A DNA stretch of 63,737 nucleotides, filler included, from Cercozoa sp. M6MM (GCA_040357565.1; 7 parts of 7 records of this genome joined end to end with filler, not necessarily neighbours in it); one strand, 5' to 3'; shown: positions 12,998 through 26,660, numbered from the whole stretch's first letter. Program-made: numbers and translations. Notes: a model not told the origin generated them from the sequence alone.

Positions 12998-13644
12998 CCT
13001 TCGCTTAGCGTACGCGTTAATAGCGACTCCGACTGGCGTGGATAGAGGGAGGGTTCTGGGGGATGTTGAAGCCCACTTTTTTCCGAGCTCTAACGTAACC
13101 CGCTAAATGATCGGATGATCCACGGTGATATCAGGTCGAAAATAAACCTCTCTAACGTCCGCAACGCGGCGTTAAACTGACGGGGATGAACCCAGGCTGA
13201 CCAGTTGGTCCATTGAAGCAGTTAAGAGTGTGTGGCTCTGCCTATAGCTAGCTGTGACTGGACCTGTCTGAAGGCCTGTCCTGTGGACTGAGCCTGCCGG
13301 TTGGCAAAAGAGAAAACCTCATCTACTTTTGGCATTGGTGACGGAGTCGCTCTGCAGTTGGCACTGATATCCACTTCTGCAAGTATACTTCTTATATTTA
13401 GTTCTTTTCACGACGTCAGTAACAAGAGAGTGTCTTAGACTGGCGTTGCTGAGTATCTATCAGTTTTTGTCCAGTTTTTGCAGGGCACAGATTCAGCACA
13501 AGGATGGAACTGAAATCGGTGGTATTTACAGAAACAGAAACCGTCAGTACAAGTACACTCCAGTCGGAATCAAACTGACACTCTGAGACGAAAGCAAAAA
13601 GCAGGATATGAAGATACTTGGACACTCAGTCGGTTTTAATCTCG

Positions 13645-13825
13645 TCAAACACTGTTGCTGACTGGGCCTTCCGCGAGGAGGGCGAAAACTACAGTCTGCC
13701 AGGCGCCGCCAGCGGTGCGAAACTCGCGAACGACGACCGCGCCGGCGCCTAGCAACAGACAACAACATTGCCCAAAAACAACAACCACAACAACAAACAA
13801 CAACCAACAAACTACCACAACCAAC

Positions 13826-13873
<48 letters not shown>

Positions 13874-13883
13874 NNNNNNNNNN

Positions 13884-13929
<46 letters not shown>

Positions 13930-16900
13930 ACAACAACAAAACAACAAACAACAAACAACAAACAACAAACAACAAACAACAAACAACAAACAACAAACAA
14001 CAAACAACAATAGAAGAAACAAGCGAAAAATACAACGACATAGTTTCTGCCGGTCGGTTGCGACTGACGGTTCTGTGTGTTGGAGGAGGTAACGGGGGTA
14101 AAGGGGGTTAAGGGGGTAAAGGGAGTAAAGAGCAAAGCAACCTCGAGTTTCTCCGTCAGCCGAGGCAGAGTGAATTTCTCACTGGGGGGGGGTAAAGGGA
14201 TAGGGAATAAAGGGATAGGGAATAAAGGGATAGGGAATAAAGGGNNNNNNNNNNGGATAGGGAATAAAGGGATAGGGAATAAAGGGATAGGGAATAAAGG
14301 GGGTAGGAATAAAAGGGTAGGGGATAGAGGGGTAGGGGATAGAGGGTAGGGGATAGAGAGGTAGGGGGGTAAAATACGACAGCTTCGGATTCGGCGCCAC
14401 CGTCATCTGCTTGGCCGAGTCGTTGTAGCGCTCCAACTGGACAGGGGGAAGGGGGTGAACAGGGGGTAAACAGGGGGGTAAACAGGGGGGTAAACAGGGA
14501 GGTAAATAGGGGGGTCAGGGGGGTAAACAGGGGGGTAAACAGGGGGGGTATATAAGGTGGCATATAGCAGGGTATATAAGGCGGTATATAGGGGAATAAA
14601 TAGGGGGTAAACAGGAGGTAAACAGGGGGGTAAACAATGGGGTAAACAGGGAGGTAAACAGGGGGGGGTAAACAGGGGGGTAAAACCGCCTCGAGCGTGA
14701 CGGAGGCACCGCGTCGCATCTGCCGCAGCGCCCACACCGCCGTACGCATCTACACGCACACCCTTAAATACACACCTCCTTAATTGCACACCCCTTAAAG
14801 CCCCCTCAATAAAAGCCCTTAATATAAGCCCCCTTAATCAAAGCCCTTCATAAAAGCCCCCTTAATAAAAAACTACGGAGCAGCGTCTTGCGGCGTCGTT
14901 GCGCAGCATGCAGTTCAGCAGAGGAGCCATCTCGGGTGCCTCCGCCGACAGCCTTGTCTGCCAAATCATTTTACATGTACAGACACCGGTCCATTTGGAC
15001 GCAGACTTTGTTAAGGGAGTGCCTACGGAGACACGTCGCTCGTCAATCAGCACCGGCGCCTGCAGAGAGTCCGCGCGGACGACGCCACCGCCCGTCGCCA
15101 CGTTGAACACCGTCGCCGCGAAGCTGTGCATAGGGGAGGGTAAACAGGGGGGTAAACAGGGGGGTAAACTGGAGATGCATAGGGTGGTATAGGGTGGTAT
15201 TAGGGTTTAACCGGGGTACAATAGGGGGGTAAACAGGGGGGTAAAGGGGGAAACAGGGGGGGTAAAGGGGGGGGTAAAACCTAAAGCAGTCGCTGGAGGG
15301 CGCGAAGAAGCGATCGGCGCCGCCAGGCGACAACAAGTCGGCCAGCACCTCGGGCGCCATGAAGGGCACCGACCCAATGGGTGCACCTACAGTTTAGTTA
15401 AGGGGGAGCCATATAATTAAGGGACCATATTGTTAAGAGGGTGTCCATGGCTACAATTTCCTTTTATTAAGGGGACCAAGTTTACCTTTTTCTCCCTGCA
15501 CGCGCGAGGCGCCGAAATCCACGAGAATCGCATTGCCTTTGTGCACCCTGTTGGGGGGGGGGGGGAAAAAGGGGGGGAAAAAAGGGGGGGAAAAAGCGGG
15601 GGTATGCGGGGGCCAGAAGGGTATCAAGGGGTAAAAAGGAGGTCTACATGACATTGGTTGTCTTGATGTCGTTGTGCGTTAGTCCCTACCAACGGAGAGG
15701 TAAAGGGGGGTAAAGGGGGTAAAAACCAATACCGCTGCGTGTACTGCTTGCAGTGCCAACTGTAGCAAAAGGGAGTAACCAGGGGGGTAAACAGGGGGGG
15801 GTAAACAGGGGGGTAAAACCGCCATCTGGAGCGACCAGCGCAGCAACAAAACTCGCTGCGTCGCCGCGTCGAAATCGCGTCGCAACTGTGGAACGAACGA
15901 TTTCCTGGGGTAAACAGGGGGGTAAACAGGAGGGTAGACAGGAAGGTAAACAGAGGGGATGAACAGGGGTAAACAGGAGGTAAATAGGGGTGTAAATAGG
16001 GGAGTGAATAGGGGTTGAAAATAGGGAGGTAAATAGGGGTGTAAATAGGGAGGTAAATAGGGGTGNNNNNNNNNNTGTAAATAGGGAGGTAAATAGGGGT
16101 GTAAATAGGGAGGTAAATAGGGAGCGAATAGGAGGTAAATAAGGTGTGAATAGGGAGGTGAATAGGGGGTAAATAGGGGGTGTAAATGGGGTGTAAAGGG
16201 GGGGGTAAAGTTACAGAGTGTGCGACCCGAGGTACTCCTCCACAATGACAACCTATTGTCCACAAACACAACACACATGCAGGAGAGTAGCCACTCCTGT
16301 ACAATGCGTACAAATGGACCGGTGTACATGTTCATTGTAGCCATCCGATAGCACGTAGGCGTCCGAGTGTCGCACCACACCTGGCGCCTCCGACAGCAGC
16401 GACAGCGCCCGCGCCTCGTCCAGCATCTGCCGGGTTAAAAGGGGGGTAAACAGGGGGTAGGAGAGGGATAGCAGAGGGGTAAACAGGGTAAACAAGGGGT
16501 AAACATGAGGTAAGCAGGGGGGTAAACAGGGGGGTAAAACCGGTCCGGGGCAGAAGGGGGGTAAACAGGGGGGTAAAGAGGGGGAAAGAGAAGGGTAAAG
16601 AGGGGAATAAAGAGGGGGATAAAGAGGGGGATAAAGAGGGGAATTAAAGAGGGGATGAAGAGGAGAATAAAGAGGGGTAAAGCTGCTTCGAACTTTTGAA
16701 GAGCGCTACGACGCCGAAGGAACCGGTGCCGAGCTGTACCCAAAAAACAACACAGTCCATTTGGACTAATCTTGAGGCACCAGTTGGTCCATTTGTACGG
16801 TCTATCTGTACCACTCCTAGTGGCGTGAAGGGCATGCCGTGGAAGTACGACTGCAGCGACGAAAACAAGCGCTGCGGAAACTCGGCCTCGAGGCGTGCCA

Positions 16901-17890
16901 CGCCGCCCTACTGGGAGGTAGGAGGGTAGGGGTAAAGAGGGTCAAACTTCATACTCAAACTGACCTGCTCGATGATGTGCGACGTAGAAGTCAGTTCAAC
17001 CACTTGCTTCATACCCGGCAGGTCTGGCGAAGATGCAGTTAAAAAAGAGAAAAGCTCACAGGTTAGAGCAAAAGCACTCAAATCTGCGTCAAAGTTGTCC
17101 TCATCGACTGTTTTCGAATGCAAGATGGCGACTTGGCTCGTTGCACTCTTCTTCAGTCAGTTTTTTGTTAAATCAAAACGAAAAACTGATCTGTTCAAAT
17201 GGAAGCCCAACTCACTGCTCGAACCGACTCGAGGAAAACTGGCGCATCTCGGAGCATCGCGTTGAGCTCATCAACAGCGCGTTGCGCGATTCCGACAGCC
17301 TCAATGTCGGGGTTCGTGAACTAAACAAAAGAGTTTAAACGCAGGAACCGAAATACCAAAAATGGTAAAATCAGTTTTTAGTTGCCTCCTCAGAAGCTTC
17401 TGAAAGCGAGTCTACCTTGTGCACAGACAGAGCAGTCGCAGTGCGAGATAGTGTGACAAGTGACTACATTTGAGACAGCAAACTACAGGCAGAGCTTTAC
17501 TGGATCGCTCACACGGCTCACCTGTTTTAGTTGTTCCACCGACTGTGCACTGACTGCACTCGACAACATCGCCACATTGTTCCCGGGCACTTCATTGTTT
17601 GAACTGAACTTACCACTACACAGTGTCGCTAGCAAGGCGAGTAAACGCATCTGTTCAAAGTGCCCTACAGAACTGAACGTGCACGTATCTGATACAACGA
17701 GACTAAAAAACTCAGACGACGGAAGAGAGCGAGCACGTGTGTGCGCAAGTGTGTTCGCTCGCCTGTGTTGTTTCTTCAAGTGACTTGGCACATGTGTGCT
17801 CTGACCGAAGTTAGTCAACAAGCTTGTTTCCCCAGAAGACACAACATTCAAAACTGGCGTGTTGGTGGCGTGACAGAACTGAGACAATCA
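13645..17890 (-). CDS. Ser/Thr protein kinase with N-terminal extension (5' end uncertain, possibly to ~18200)
   Basis: LGTGSFGVV (Gly loop), MLDEARAL (alphaC), THNDIKTTNV (catalytic loop), ILVDFGAS, GSVPFMAPEV, SSDCFSF across exons separated by satellite-filled introns. Confidence 0.8.
14445..16680 (-). repeat. Intronic (TG)TTTACCCCC(C) satellite arrays (GGGGGTAAACA on the + strand)
   Basis: Tandem 10-13 nt units fill successive kinase introns; the same unit occurs in PIPK, GTF3C3, ZIP, GGT and other introns. Confidence 0.9.
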
Positions 17891-18281
17891 AAAGACTGTC
17901 TTTCACTTCCCCGCCTTGTGTTACTTAAACTTATTACTGCAATCCTTCATGCGTTGACTAAACGCAGCTTTGTGCCACGGTGAGGCGTGACATCCAGTAC
18001 TCTTAGAGACGGGAAGTTGTGCGATTGCTCGGAGAGGCAAACCCACGTCATTTTGGCGTTTCGCACGCGCACTTCTCCGGCGAAACCATTCGGTGTATCG
18101 CAGTCTTGCTTCACTTCGCTTCGTTGATTAAGTGCAGTACTCGAGAGCAAGCAACAAACGTCCGTTGGTCCCGGAGCTACCGCATCCACTTTTCATATTT
18201 TCGTCGGACGGGAGAGTTTCTTCACCCGAAGCTTGAAATAAGCGACTGTCCTTGGCCCCTACGAACTGAAAGTTGCAAAAA

Positions 18282-20095
18282 ATGGAAGACATACGTGCGT
18301 GGACAACTTCGCTGGCGCAGGCCAACACAGAGGACGGCATCAGTAATGTCGTTTTTGCAGAGTACATCTGGCTCGATGCAGAACAGACCGTGCGCGGCAA
18401 GTCGCGTGTCCTCACGTCGGCCGAGCACTGTAACGCTGTCATGCAGCGCAATGTCAAGGCTTTGGTAAATTTAATTCTTGCTTTCAGTTGCTTGGATAAG
18501 TTGGAGGTGTTCTATGTGCTTTTCGCATTTTTGCTTTTGGTTTTCTTGATTTGTCGCTCCCCATGCTGAGTGAGAAAATATGAAAACTATATATCAATGT
18601 GGGCAGCCTGAGTGGAACTTTGACGGCTCGAGCACTGAGCAAGCCAGCGGGCATGACAGTGAGGTTCTGCTTCGCCCTGTGGCCATGGTTTGTTTGCTCC
18701 TGACCAGACCCGACCCGACTGGACTAGACTTGGCATGTGTATAGTACGACGACCCGTTCCGCAAGCGTCCGCACGTGCTGGTGCTGTGTGAGACGCGTCA
18801 GTCGCACAAGTACGACTGGGGAGCACCTCATGCGAGCAACACGCGCGCCGAGTGTCTCCAGGTGATGCAGCTCGCCAGCGACAGCAAGCCGTGGTTTGGC
18901 CTTGAGCAGGAGTTCACTTTGGTAGGTGGGCCTTTACTCTTCTCTGAGGCCTCACTCTGTCCGTTTTACTTCCTTTCACTCCACCTTCACCTTTCTTGGT
19001 ACGTTTTTTCTCTCCTTGTCAAGTTGGATGGCAAGACGATGCGTCCGCTGGGCTGGCCAGCCAATCCGAGCTGCACACCGGCTCCGCAGGGACCTGTACG
19101 TGACTTCAACCTCCCTTCCCCTCCCGCTATCAGTTTACTGTCTTTCCTACTGGACAGTACTACTGCTCGGTGGGAGCCAACAAAGCCATCGGCCGCGAAA
19201 TCTCGGAGGCGCACGCGCAGGCTTGTGTCTACGCTGGTCTGAAACTCTCGGGCACCAATGCTGAAGTCATGCCTTCGCAGTATGTCCTACCTTGTCCTCC
19301 CTCTCCTTCTGGCTTCCTTGGCCCTTTCTTATTCCCCTGTATAGGTGGGAGTTCCAGATCGGTCCTTGCGAAGGCATCACGGCCGGTGATCAAGTCACTG
19401 TGGCGCGTTACCTTCTGCACCGTGGTAAGGGACCATGGGGGGGGGGGGTAAGTGGATTGAGCGAGGGGGTAAAAAGCTACATTACTGTAGTGGCCGAAAT
19501 GGCGGACGTTGTGGCAACGATACATCCCAAGCCTATGCCGGTCTGTCTTGTCACATTCCTTGCCTTGACTGGAGGTTTTTTATTTGTGCTGGGTGACTCG
19601 CAGGGCGACTGGAACGGCGCCGGATGCCACGTGAACTTCTCGACGGAAGCGATGCGCCGAGACGGCGGTCTCAGTGTCATTGGCGACGCCATCGACCGCC
19701 TGTCGCGCCAGCACGCCGCCTTTCTGGCCCTGTCTGGCACCGACAATGATTTGCGACTCACCGTACAATCTATATTTATATATATATATATATATATATA
19801 TCTGTCTATCTAGCTAACAGTATATATGTCTATCTGACAATTTATATATATTTATATCTGTCTATCTATCCTCTATCCATCTATCAATCTATCTATCCAT
19901 CCATATATCTACCTATCCATCTATCCATTCATCTACCTATCTGTCTATCTATCTATATACCAGTTTTCATCCATCTATCCACTCGCCTTGCTACCTCCGC
20001 AGGGCAAGCACGAGACCTCGGACCCCGACGTCTTTCGCCACGGCGTCGGCGACCGCGGCGCTGCCGTGCGCATTCCCAACGCCACGCATGCGCAG

Positions 20096-20145
<50 letters not shown>

Positions 20146-20155
20146 NNNNNNNNNN

Positions 20156-20210
<55 letters not shown>

Positions 20211-20348
20211 ATCACACACACGCACACACACACACAGGGTCACGGCTACTTCGAAGACCGACGTCCAGCCGCCAATTGCGATCCCTACGAGGTCCTCCAA
20301 CACCTCCTCTCCAGTGTGTGCTCATGTCTGCGCCTGTGTACACGATAG
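18282..20348 (+). CDS. GLN1: Glutamine synthetase type II, 11 exons
   Basis: Fully spliceable: [113 protein letters not shown]. Confidence 0.96.
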
Positions 20349-20667
20349 CATGTGACAGGTTACCCGCGCCATCGTTCAGATCGCTGTGCTGCAGCAGGAC
20401 CTGTGAGCAGACGAGAGAGCTAGCAAGGCGACCCATCACATATTCCTTGTAGTCGAGTCAACTCAGTCTACTAACGAAGACACTAGTTAATTTCAGGTAC
20501 TTGATTTTGAATCAGTTCCGGCCTGACTTTGTGCCACCCAGACTGGCGCAGGGGTATTACTTAGTTGATTCATTTAAGATCCCAGACTCAACTAAGTCTG
20601 GACGGTGCACCAGCCGAGATTAATTCACGCCCCCCCCCCCCACTACCGCTTCAGGGTCGGTGTCACG

Positions 20668-20884
20668 TCAGTGCTCGTGGTGCAGGAAGAGCGCGATGAG
20701 ACAGGGCACAAATGCGCCACCTATCCGCAGCAGTGTCTCCAACCGTTCGTGCTCCTGTCAACACAGTACGACTATATGTGTATTTATATTTTTTACAGTA
20801 TATCTTTATGTATTTTTATACTTATATACTATTAGATTTATATATATGATACTAATACATGTACGTCTACAATTATATATGTTG

Positions 20885-20957
<73 letters not shown>

Positions 20958-22341
20958 CTATATATAAAACCAAATATACATCGACAGATACCTCAGGCAG
21001 CGCGTCGTTCGTGTGGTGTTCGTGCAGAGCCACGCGCACGAAACTGCCGGCGCCGACCAGGAGCGCACGCGACACGGCCGCGTCGCTCTGGACATACTTG
21101 CGCTCGTTTACCCCCCTTCTTGCCCTCCTTGTTACCTTCCTTCTAACCAGTAAAAAAACTACCTGCCAGGAGGAGGCGCAGAGTCGCGTCACAGCGGCAG
21201 CGATAGGCGACACGAGAGCGAAGGCCACCAGGTAGGGCGCTGCCTGTCGTTTGTTACCTGGGGAGGGGGTAGCAAGGGAATACAGGGGGGGGGGGAAGTA
21301 AAGACTACCAAGTACGCGCAGTACTCGCACACTGTAGGCGAAAGCAGTCGGCGCTTTGTGCATCATACTGCATCGATACATACTCACACATACACACAAC
21401 ACAAGGGGAGGGGGTAAAACAGTCTCACACAGCCAAGAAGACCACGCTCGCCAGTGACTCTGCTCCCACTGTGAGAGGTAAACCGGGAGGGGGGTAAACA
21501 GGGGTAAACAGGGGTAACAGGGGGTAAACAGGGGGGTAAACAGAGGGGTAAACCCGAGGCCGTGCCGAGGGCGACGCCGTCGAGAGCGCAGTGCGCGAAC
21601 AGAGCCGCACTGAGTCGCCACACTTCGCGCCGTCCGTCTTGCTGATCCGACACTGTACACAAATGGCCAGTCCAAATAGCCAGTCCAAATAGTCAGTCCA
21701 AATAGTCAGTCCAAATAGTCAGGATGGTCCAGATGGTAGGTCCAGAAGGTCGGTAGTACACAGAGCAGCCTGCGGCGTCGCGAACAGCATCTCCTCGCTG
21801 TCGTCCTCGGCCTCAGCCTGACCCGTATGACCCTGAATGTGACCCGTGTGACTCTGACTGTGACCCGTGTGACCCGGACCCTCCGCGCGGACCGACAGCG
21901 CACCGTGCGACACCTCCTCTAGCACGCGCATGCCCAGGTAGCCCAGCAGCAGGAACACGCCGGCCGACTCGCCGCCTGCGCGCACTCCTTCGGGCACCAG
22001 CACACTGCAAACACAGTCCTTTGCTCTCCCCTCTGTACTCCTTCTTTACTTCTCTTTCCCTTCCCTCTCTTACCCCATCCCTCCCTCTCGTACCCCCCCC
22101 CCCCCCCAAGCCAACCACACTACCCCAAAGCCGTGCCGATCAGTACACCCGACCCGAGCGCATCCGTGAGTCGCAGTGTCCTGCCGCCGATCTCGAGTGC
22201 CAGCGGCGCCAGTGCACAGATCAGAGCACCCAACAGCAGTGCGGAATTCAACGCCACAAACGCAAAGTCAGCGTCGCTCTTCTCGTCCAAGTCATCGATC
22301 AAAATCTCGCCTGCTACTTGCAATATTACGCCACACGACAT
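20668..22341 (-). CDS. ZIP-family zinc transporter (ZIP9/Atx2-like)
   Basis: LGSGVLIGTALGVLVPEGV, His-rich loop, AHCALDGVALG, MMHKAPTAF, LLVGAGSFVRVA, C-terminal LFLHHEH*. Confidence 0.85.
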
Positions 22342-22508
22342 GCTTTTTCATACATTACTCTGAAGTAGCACACGATCACACGCACTCTAGTCACCTGTGG
22401 TGGAGCCAAATTGGACAAAGACAGGTGTAGCCACTGAATAACAAAAAACGTGCTCCCGGTGCGCTAGAGCGCCCAATCGTGAGTCTTGGTGCTTGTTCCG
22501 TAGCCGAA

Positions 22509-23888
22509 ATGAGTGAGCACACCAAGACGCACAAGGAAGAGGCGGCGCAGCAGCCTGAGGAGGAAGCCGCCAGGCAGAACGATCACGAGGAGGGCCAGGT
22601 GGACCAGGAATCGCCGCACGAGGGCGACAGGCCACGAAAGCGTCGCAAGAAGCTTCGCGTCTCGCGCGAGGAAGTCGAAGAGTTCAATCGCCGGGAACGC
22701 AAGAAGGTGTCTCTTGCTCTTGGCTTCCGCGCAGATGGAGTGGAGTCACGTGCATGCTGTCTGCTCTGTGTGCAGGGCGTCGTGTATCTGCCGTCGCTGC
22801 CGCCATTTATGCAGCCGAGTCGTGTGAGGGACCTTTTGGGACAGCACGGCACCGTAACTCGCGTCTACCTGGCGCCGCAGGAGCAAAAGACTGCGTGAGT
22901 CGTTTCTCTGTCTTTCTGAGTCGTTTCTCTGTTTTCTGCTTCTTTTTTTGGACTCGAACAATTTCGATTATTTTTGAGAACTTGCTCCCGGAATTGCAAA
23001 AATCAAAAGCTATACGCACAAGCACTCGAACCTCAATTTTCGAGTTTCAGCAGTTTTAACTCGATTGTTGAAGTCTGAAATTGATGAGGGTTTCTTTTCT
23101 AGTTAAAACTGTGTGTGTGTGTGTGTGTGTGCTATGCCGTGCGAAGCAAGAAGAAGACGAAGCGTGTGCACTATACGGACGGCTGGGTGGAGTTCGAGCA
23201 CAAGAAGCAGGCCAAGCGCGTCGCCAAGATGCTCAATGGACAGCAGATCGGCGGCCCGCGTCGCTCACGCTTCTACTACGGTAGTGCCGTGTCGAGCTTT
23301 CCTTTACCCCCCTGCGCCCTTTGACTTCAATTTATCCCTTACTCCCTTGATGCAGACACGTGGAACATCAAGTACCTCAGTGGCTTCAAGTGGTCGCAAC
23401 TCACGTAGCCTGCCCCTTTACCCCCCTGACCCTCTCCCCTGACCCTCTCCCCTGACCCTCTCCCCTGACCTTCCCCCTGACCCTCCCTTCACAGTGCACG
23501 TGTGGCGGAGGAATCGCACGAGCGCGATCTCAAGGTGCGCGAGGCGATGCGCGAGGCACGTCGCGAGGATCAGTTCTTCCGCACACAGGCTGCCAACGAG
23601 CGCATGGTATTTTGCCCCCCCCCCCCCGTCTTTTTCTTTTGCCTCCTACCCCAGCAACTTTATCCCACCCTTCCTCCCAGATCGGCGATATCAAGAGGAG
23701 AAAGCGCGCGCGCGGACAACAGGAAACCGAGGAGAAACCACTGCGGCAGTTTGCTCAGCGTACTTGTTTCCACACTACTTGCATGACTTCCTGCCCCCCA
23801 TTACTATACCCTTTAACCGATAGGCGAGAGTCGCGCGTCGGACGAAGGCTCGGCGAGTGTCGTACTGCGGCACCTGCGCGATCGCTAA
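22509..23888 (+). CDS. ESF2: Pre-rRNA processing protein Esf2/ABT1 (RRM)
   Basis: GVVYLPSLPPFMQP, VTRVYLAP, YTDGWVEFEHKKQAKRVAKMLNGQQIGG, FYYDTWNIKYLSGFKWSQL. Confidence 0.93.
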
Positions 23889-24069
23889 GATTTGCTTTTA
23901 TTCTTTTATTCTTCTCAACCACCATCCCCAATATCACCGAGCCGGAATGAGCCGGTGGAGGGCAAGCTTTTGCTAACAACTATCGCTGATTTTTTCAACG
24001 TCTAACGTCGACTAAAATAGTGCTTAGTGCGCTTTCGATATGCTTGCAGGTGCTCTAAGCTCATTGTGC

Positions 24070-26660
24070 GATGAACTCCGGGTTGCAACAACCGCTGGCG
24101 TGGTTAGGCTCAAACTGTAAAATGACTTCGCGCGTTCATGTCACTTCTTGTGTGCGTTTTGTATCGGATTGATTGGTAGTGCCAGCACCTCGTCGCTCTG
24201 TGGACTGAGGGCGGCATATCTGAGTGCGCGACTGAGATGCAAGAGCAATGGCAGGCTTCGTTTGCACAAGTTGTTTGATGAAGGCACGCGTCCGTCGTGT
24301 CAGGACGACGTGCTAAGGCAGCTGCGTTGCTTGTTGCTGGTGGCACTCGAGCGATGCGTTGAGCTCGAGTGCTTTCAGGTCTATCCAGTGCTGGAGTCGC
24401 TTGTTGCACGTGTGCTTCGCGTGCCTCGCCTGCACATCCGTGTGGTCGCAACTGGCTCGAAACAGCGACGAGGCTGCGCGACCAGGCATGACTTGGAGCG
24501 CTTGCACAGACTTTTGAGTGCCGTCGATGACACGCATGTGCTCTCCGACTTCGAAGTTTGGACTGCCCAATCGCGCAGTCTCGCTGCTTTTCTAAAGCTC
24601 GTGCGACAACATCAGACTGAGCCGAGTGCTCTGCAGAACACCTTGTGCGTCAAGCCCTACGAGAGAACAATGTCGCTACTCTCGTGCGTCGAGAACTCCG
24701 TCCTTGCTGGAGCAAAACATTCGCTTGGGCAACATCAACAGTGTCTTGAAATGCAGGTACATTTACTTGCGTTGTTTTGTTCCACGACATGCCTTCTTTA
24801 GCAAACAAGTCAAGAGCGACTCATGAAACAGCAGGCACAGTCGCTGCATTTCCTCGCCCTCCGCGATTGTGCGGTAAAGCTATAACTCTCGCTTCGTGTT
24901 CTTGTTGAAACACGGGATGCGTGCTCAGCATTACCAATGGCAAGCTGAAGTTCACATGGTGGATCTTCCCGAACAAGAGGAGTTCCTCCTTGATGTCTCC
25001 CACGATTTGAGTATGGTACTGTGAGTCCGATCGTTCAACCGTTCTGTTGGATAGTTATGTTGGGAGTTATGTTCCAACAGTGCAAGTCATTACGGGTCCT
25101 GTGTGAACCGGGTTTTTCAAGTGAACACTGGCATCGGCGCGACAAATCATTCCGAGCACTCCTCTCAACGCCCGTGTCGCACTTTTTGTAAGTTGTGCTT
25201 TTTCAGTCTACAGTCTTCCTGTATGCCTAGTGTAGAGGGTGCACAAGCGAGTCGATATGTCTGCGGTTAGTGCAAGTGTGTGCGCGTGCGTTGTTGCCGC
25301 GCATCAAGCAGACACCGATGCCAGTGACATGCTTTTCTTTCTCCGTAAGTGCTCTAATTTGAGTGAATTTGTTTGTCTGATGGTTGTTGCATTGTTGCAT
25401 CGTTTCAGAAATTTCAACTGGATGGATGGGTGCTTTCATTTCCTTGTGCATTTCACTCAGTTCAGTTTAGTGGTGCTGTTTTGCATTGTGCAGTTTATAT
25501 GGTACGCAGCTCCGCTGGGCGACGTGTTGCGACATGCCTTGTCGGAGTTGCCGCGTGAGCCGAGTGAGCCGGACTGGTGCCGCATAGAGACTGCATTACG
25601 TTCAGTGTCGCTCGATCAGCGGAGCTATTCGGAAAGCAACGACGTTGCCTTAGTGCTGCTCGTGACAGCGATCGATGTGGCACGACATCACCTGCGATTC
25701 CGCGCTGAGACGCACCATGTGGTCGGTCACTGCCACGGGTGCCTCTTGCGCGATAGCTTGCGACCAGATAGCATGTGGACGCTGCTTACGGATCACATTT
25801 GTGGACGAGTGCAACTTCAGCGGTACACCAGACACTCCCTCTTTCTGCCTTGTTGTATTCCATATGTCCCAGCAAGCTGTTGCGTGATTTGCGGCCGCCA
25901 TTCTTTGTGTGCAACAACGCCACGCAGTCTCAGCTCGACTGGATTGAAGTAAACACTTTATTTTGATCTTCTATTTTTCTAAAACCTATCTTTTCTTTCG
26001 GCTGTTTTTTGACATGGTGTTTTTTGAGATGGTGTTCTTGTCGTAGCATGTGTTTCCGGGCGAAACCAAACTCTTCGAGAGCACTCCGATTCATCGAATC
26101 GGTCATGTGAAACCTGCCCTGTTGTCTGTGTAGGTTCTTGCACCTGTCTGTTATCTCGTGTTAGATTTGTCGATTATTCTCGGCAGTTTAAGGGCACGAA
26201 AGTATGACGTGTGTGCCAATGCGGTTCGACAATACGGGACTAGGCGCTATGGCACACTTCGTGTCGTGCAGTGTCGCAGCGATGCCGACATTGAGAGGTT
26301 TTCTTCTCGAGCTCCACTTCTGTGCGCGGTCACGGCATCTGGAACCGAGTACTCTGCTGTCGGGCTCGTCCGGTGGCACATGCGGCATCTCTGCGAGCTA
26401 GTGGCTGCGTGGATGAACACCCCTACATCGTGTCTGTATCAATGTGGTGTTGACGTCGTCTGTACTCTGTTTGAGTGGCTTCTTCCACTCAATTTCGGTC
26501 GCGTACTCGAAGTTGCTCGGCTCTCACTTCTTTCGCGTGGTATTCCGATCTTAACTTTCCTATTAAGCTCATTCTTTCATTTGCTGGTGCAGATGCCACC
26601 TTAAACATCCACTCCTTAAACGTACTTTCAACGCTGTCTCTATTGTACTGGAGATAGGTA
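24070..26660 (+). CDS. One or two hypothetical multi-exon genes
   Basis: Long plus-strand ORF segments 24148-24801, 25239-25952, 26158-26604 with apparent GT-AG junctions; no motif recognised. Confidence 0.4.

Noticed and set aside
21650-21880. His-rich HTGHSQSHTGH repeats and 14-bp tandem repeats in the ZIP gene
   Set aside because: His-rich cytoplasmic loops are normal for ZIP transporters; the 14-bp repeat is intronic slippage.
18282-23888. Non-standard genetic code or non-canonical introns
   Set aside because: GS, ESF2, and the DnaJ and PIPK junctions I checked splice with GT-AG and have no in-frame stops.
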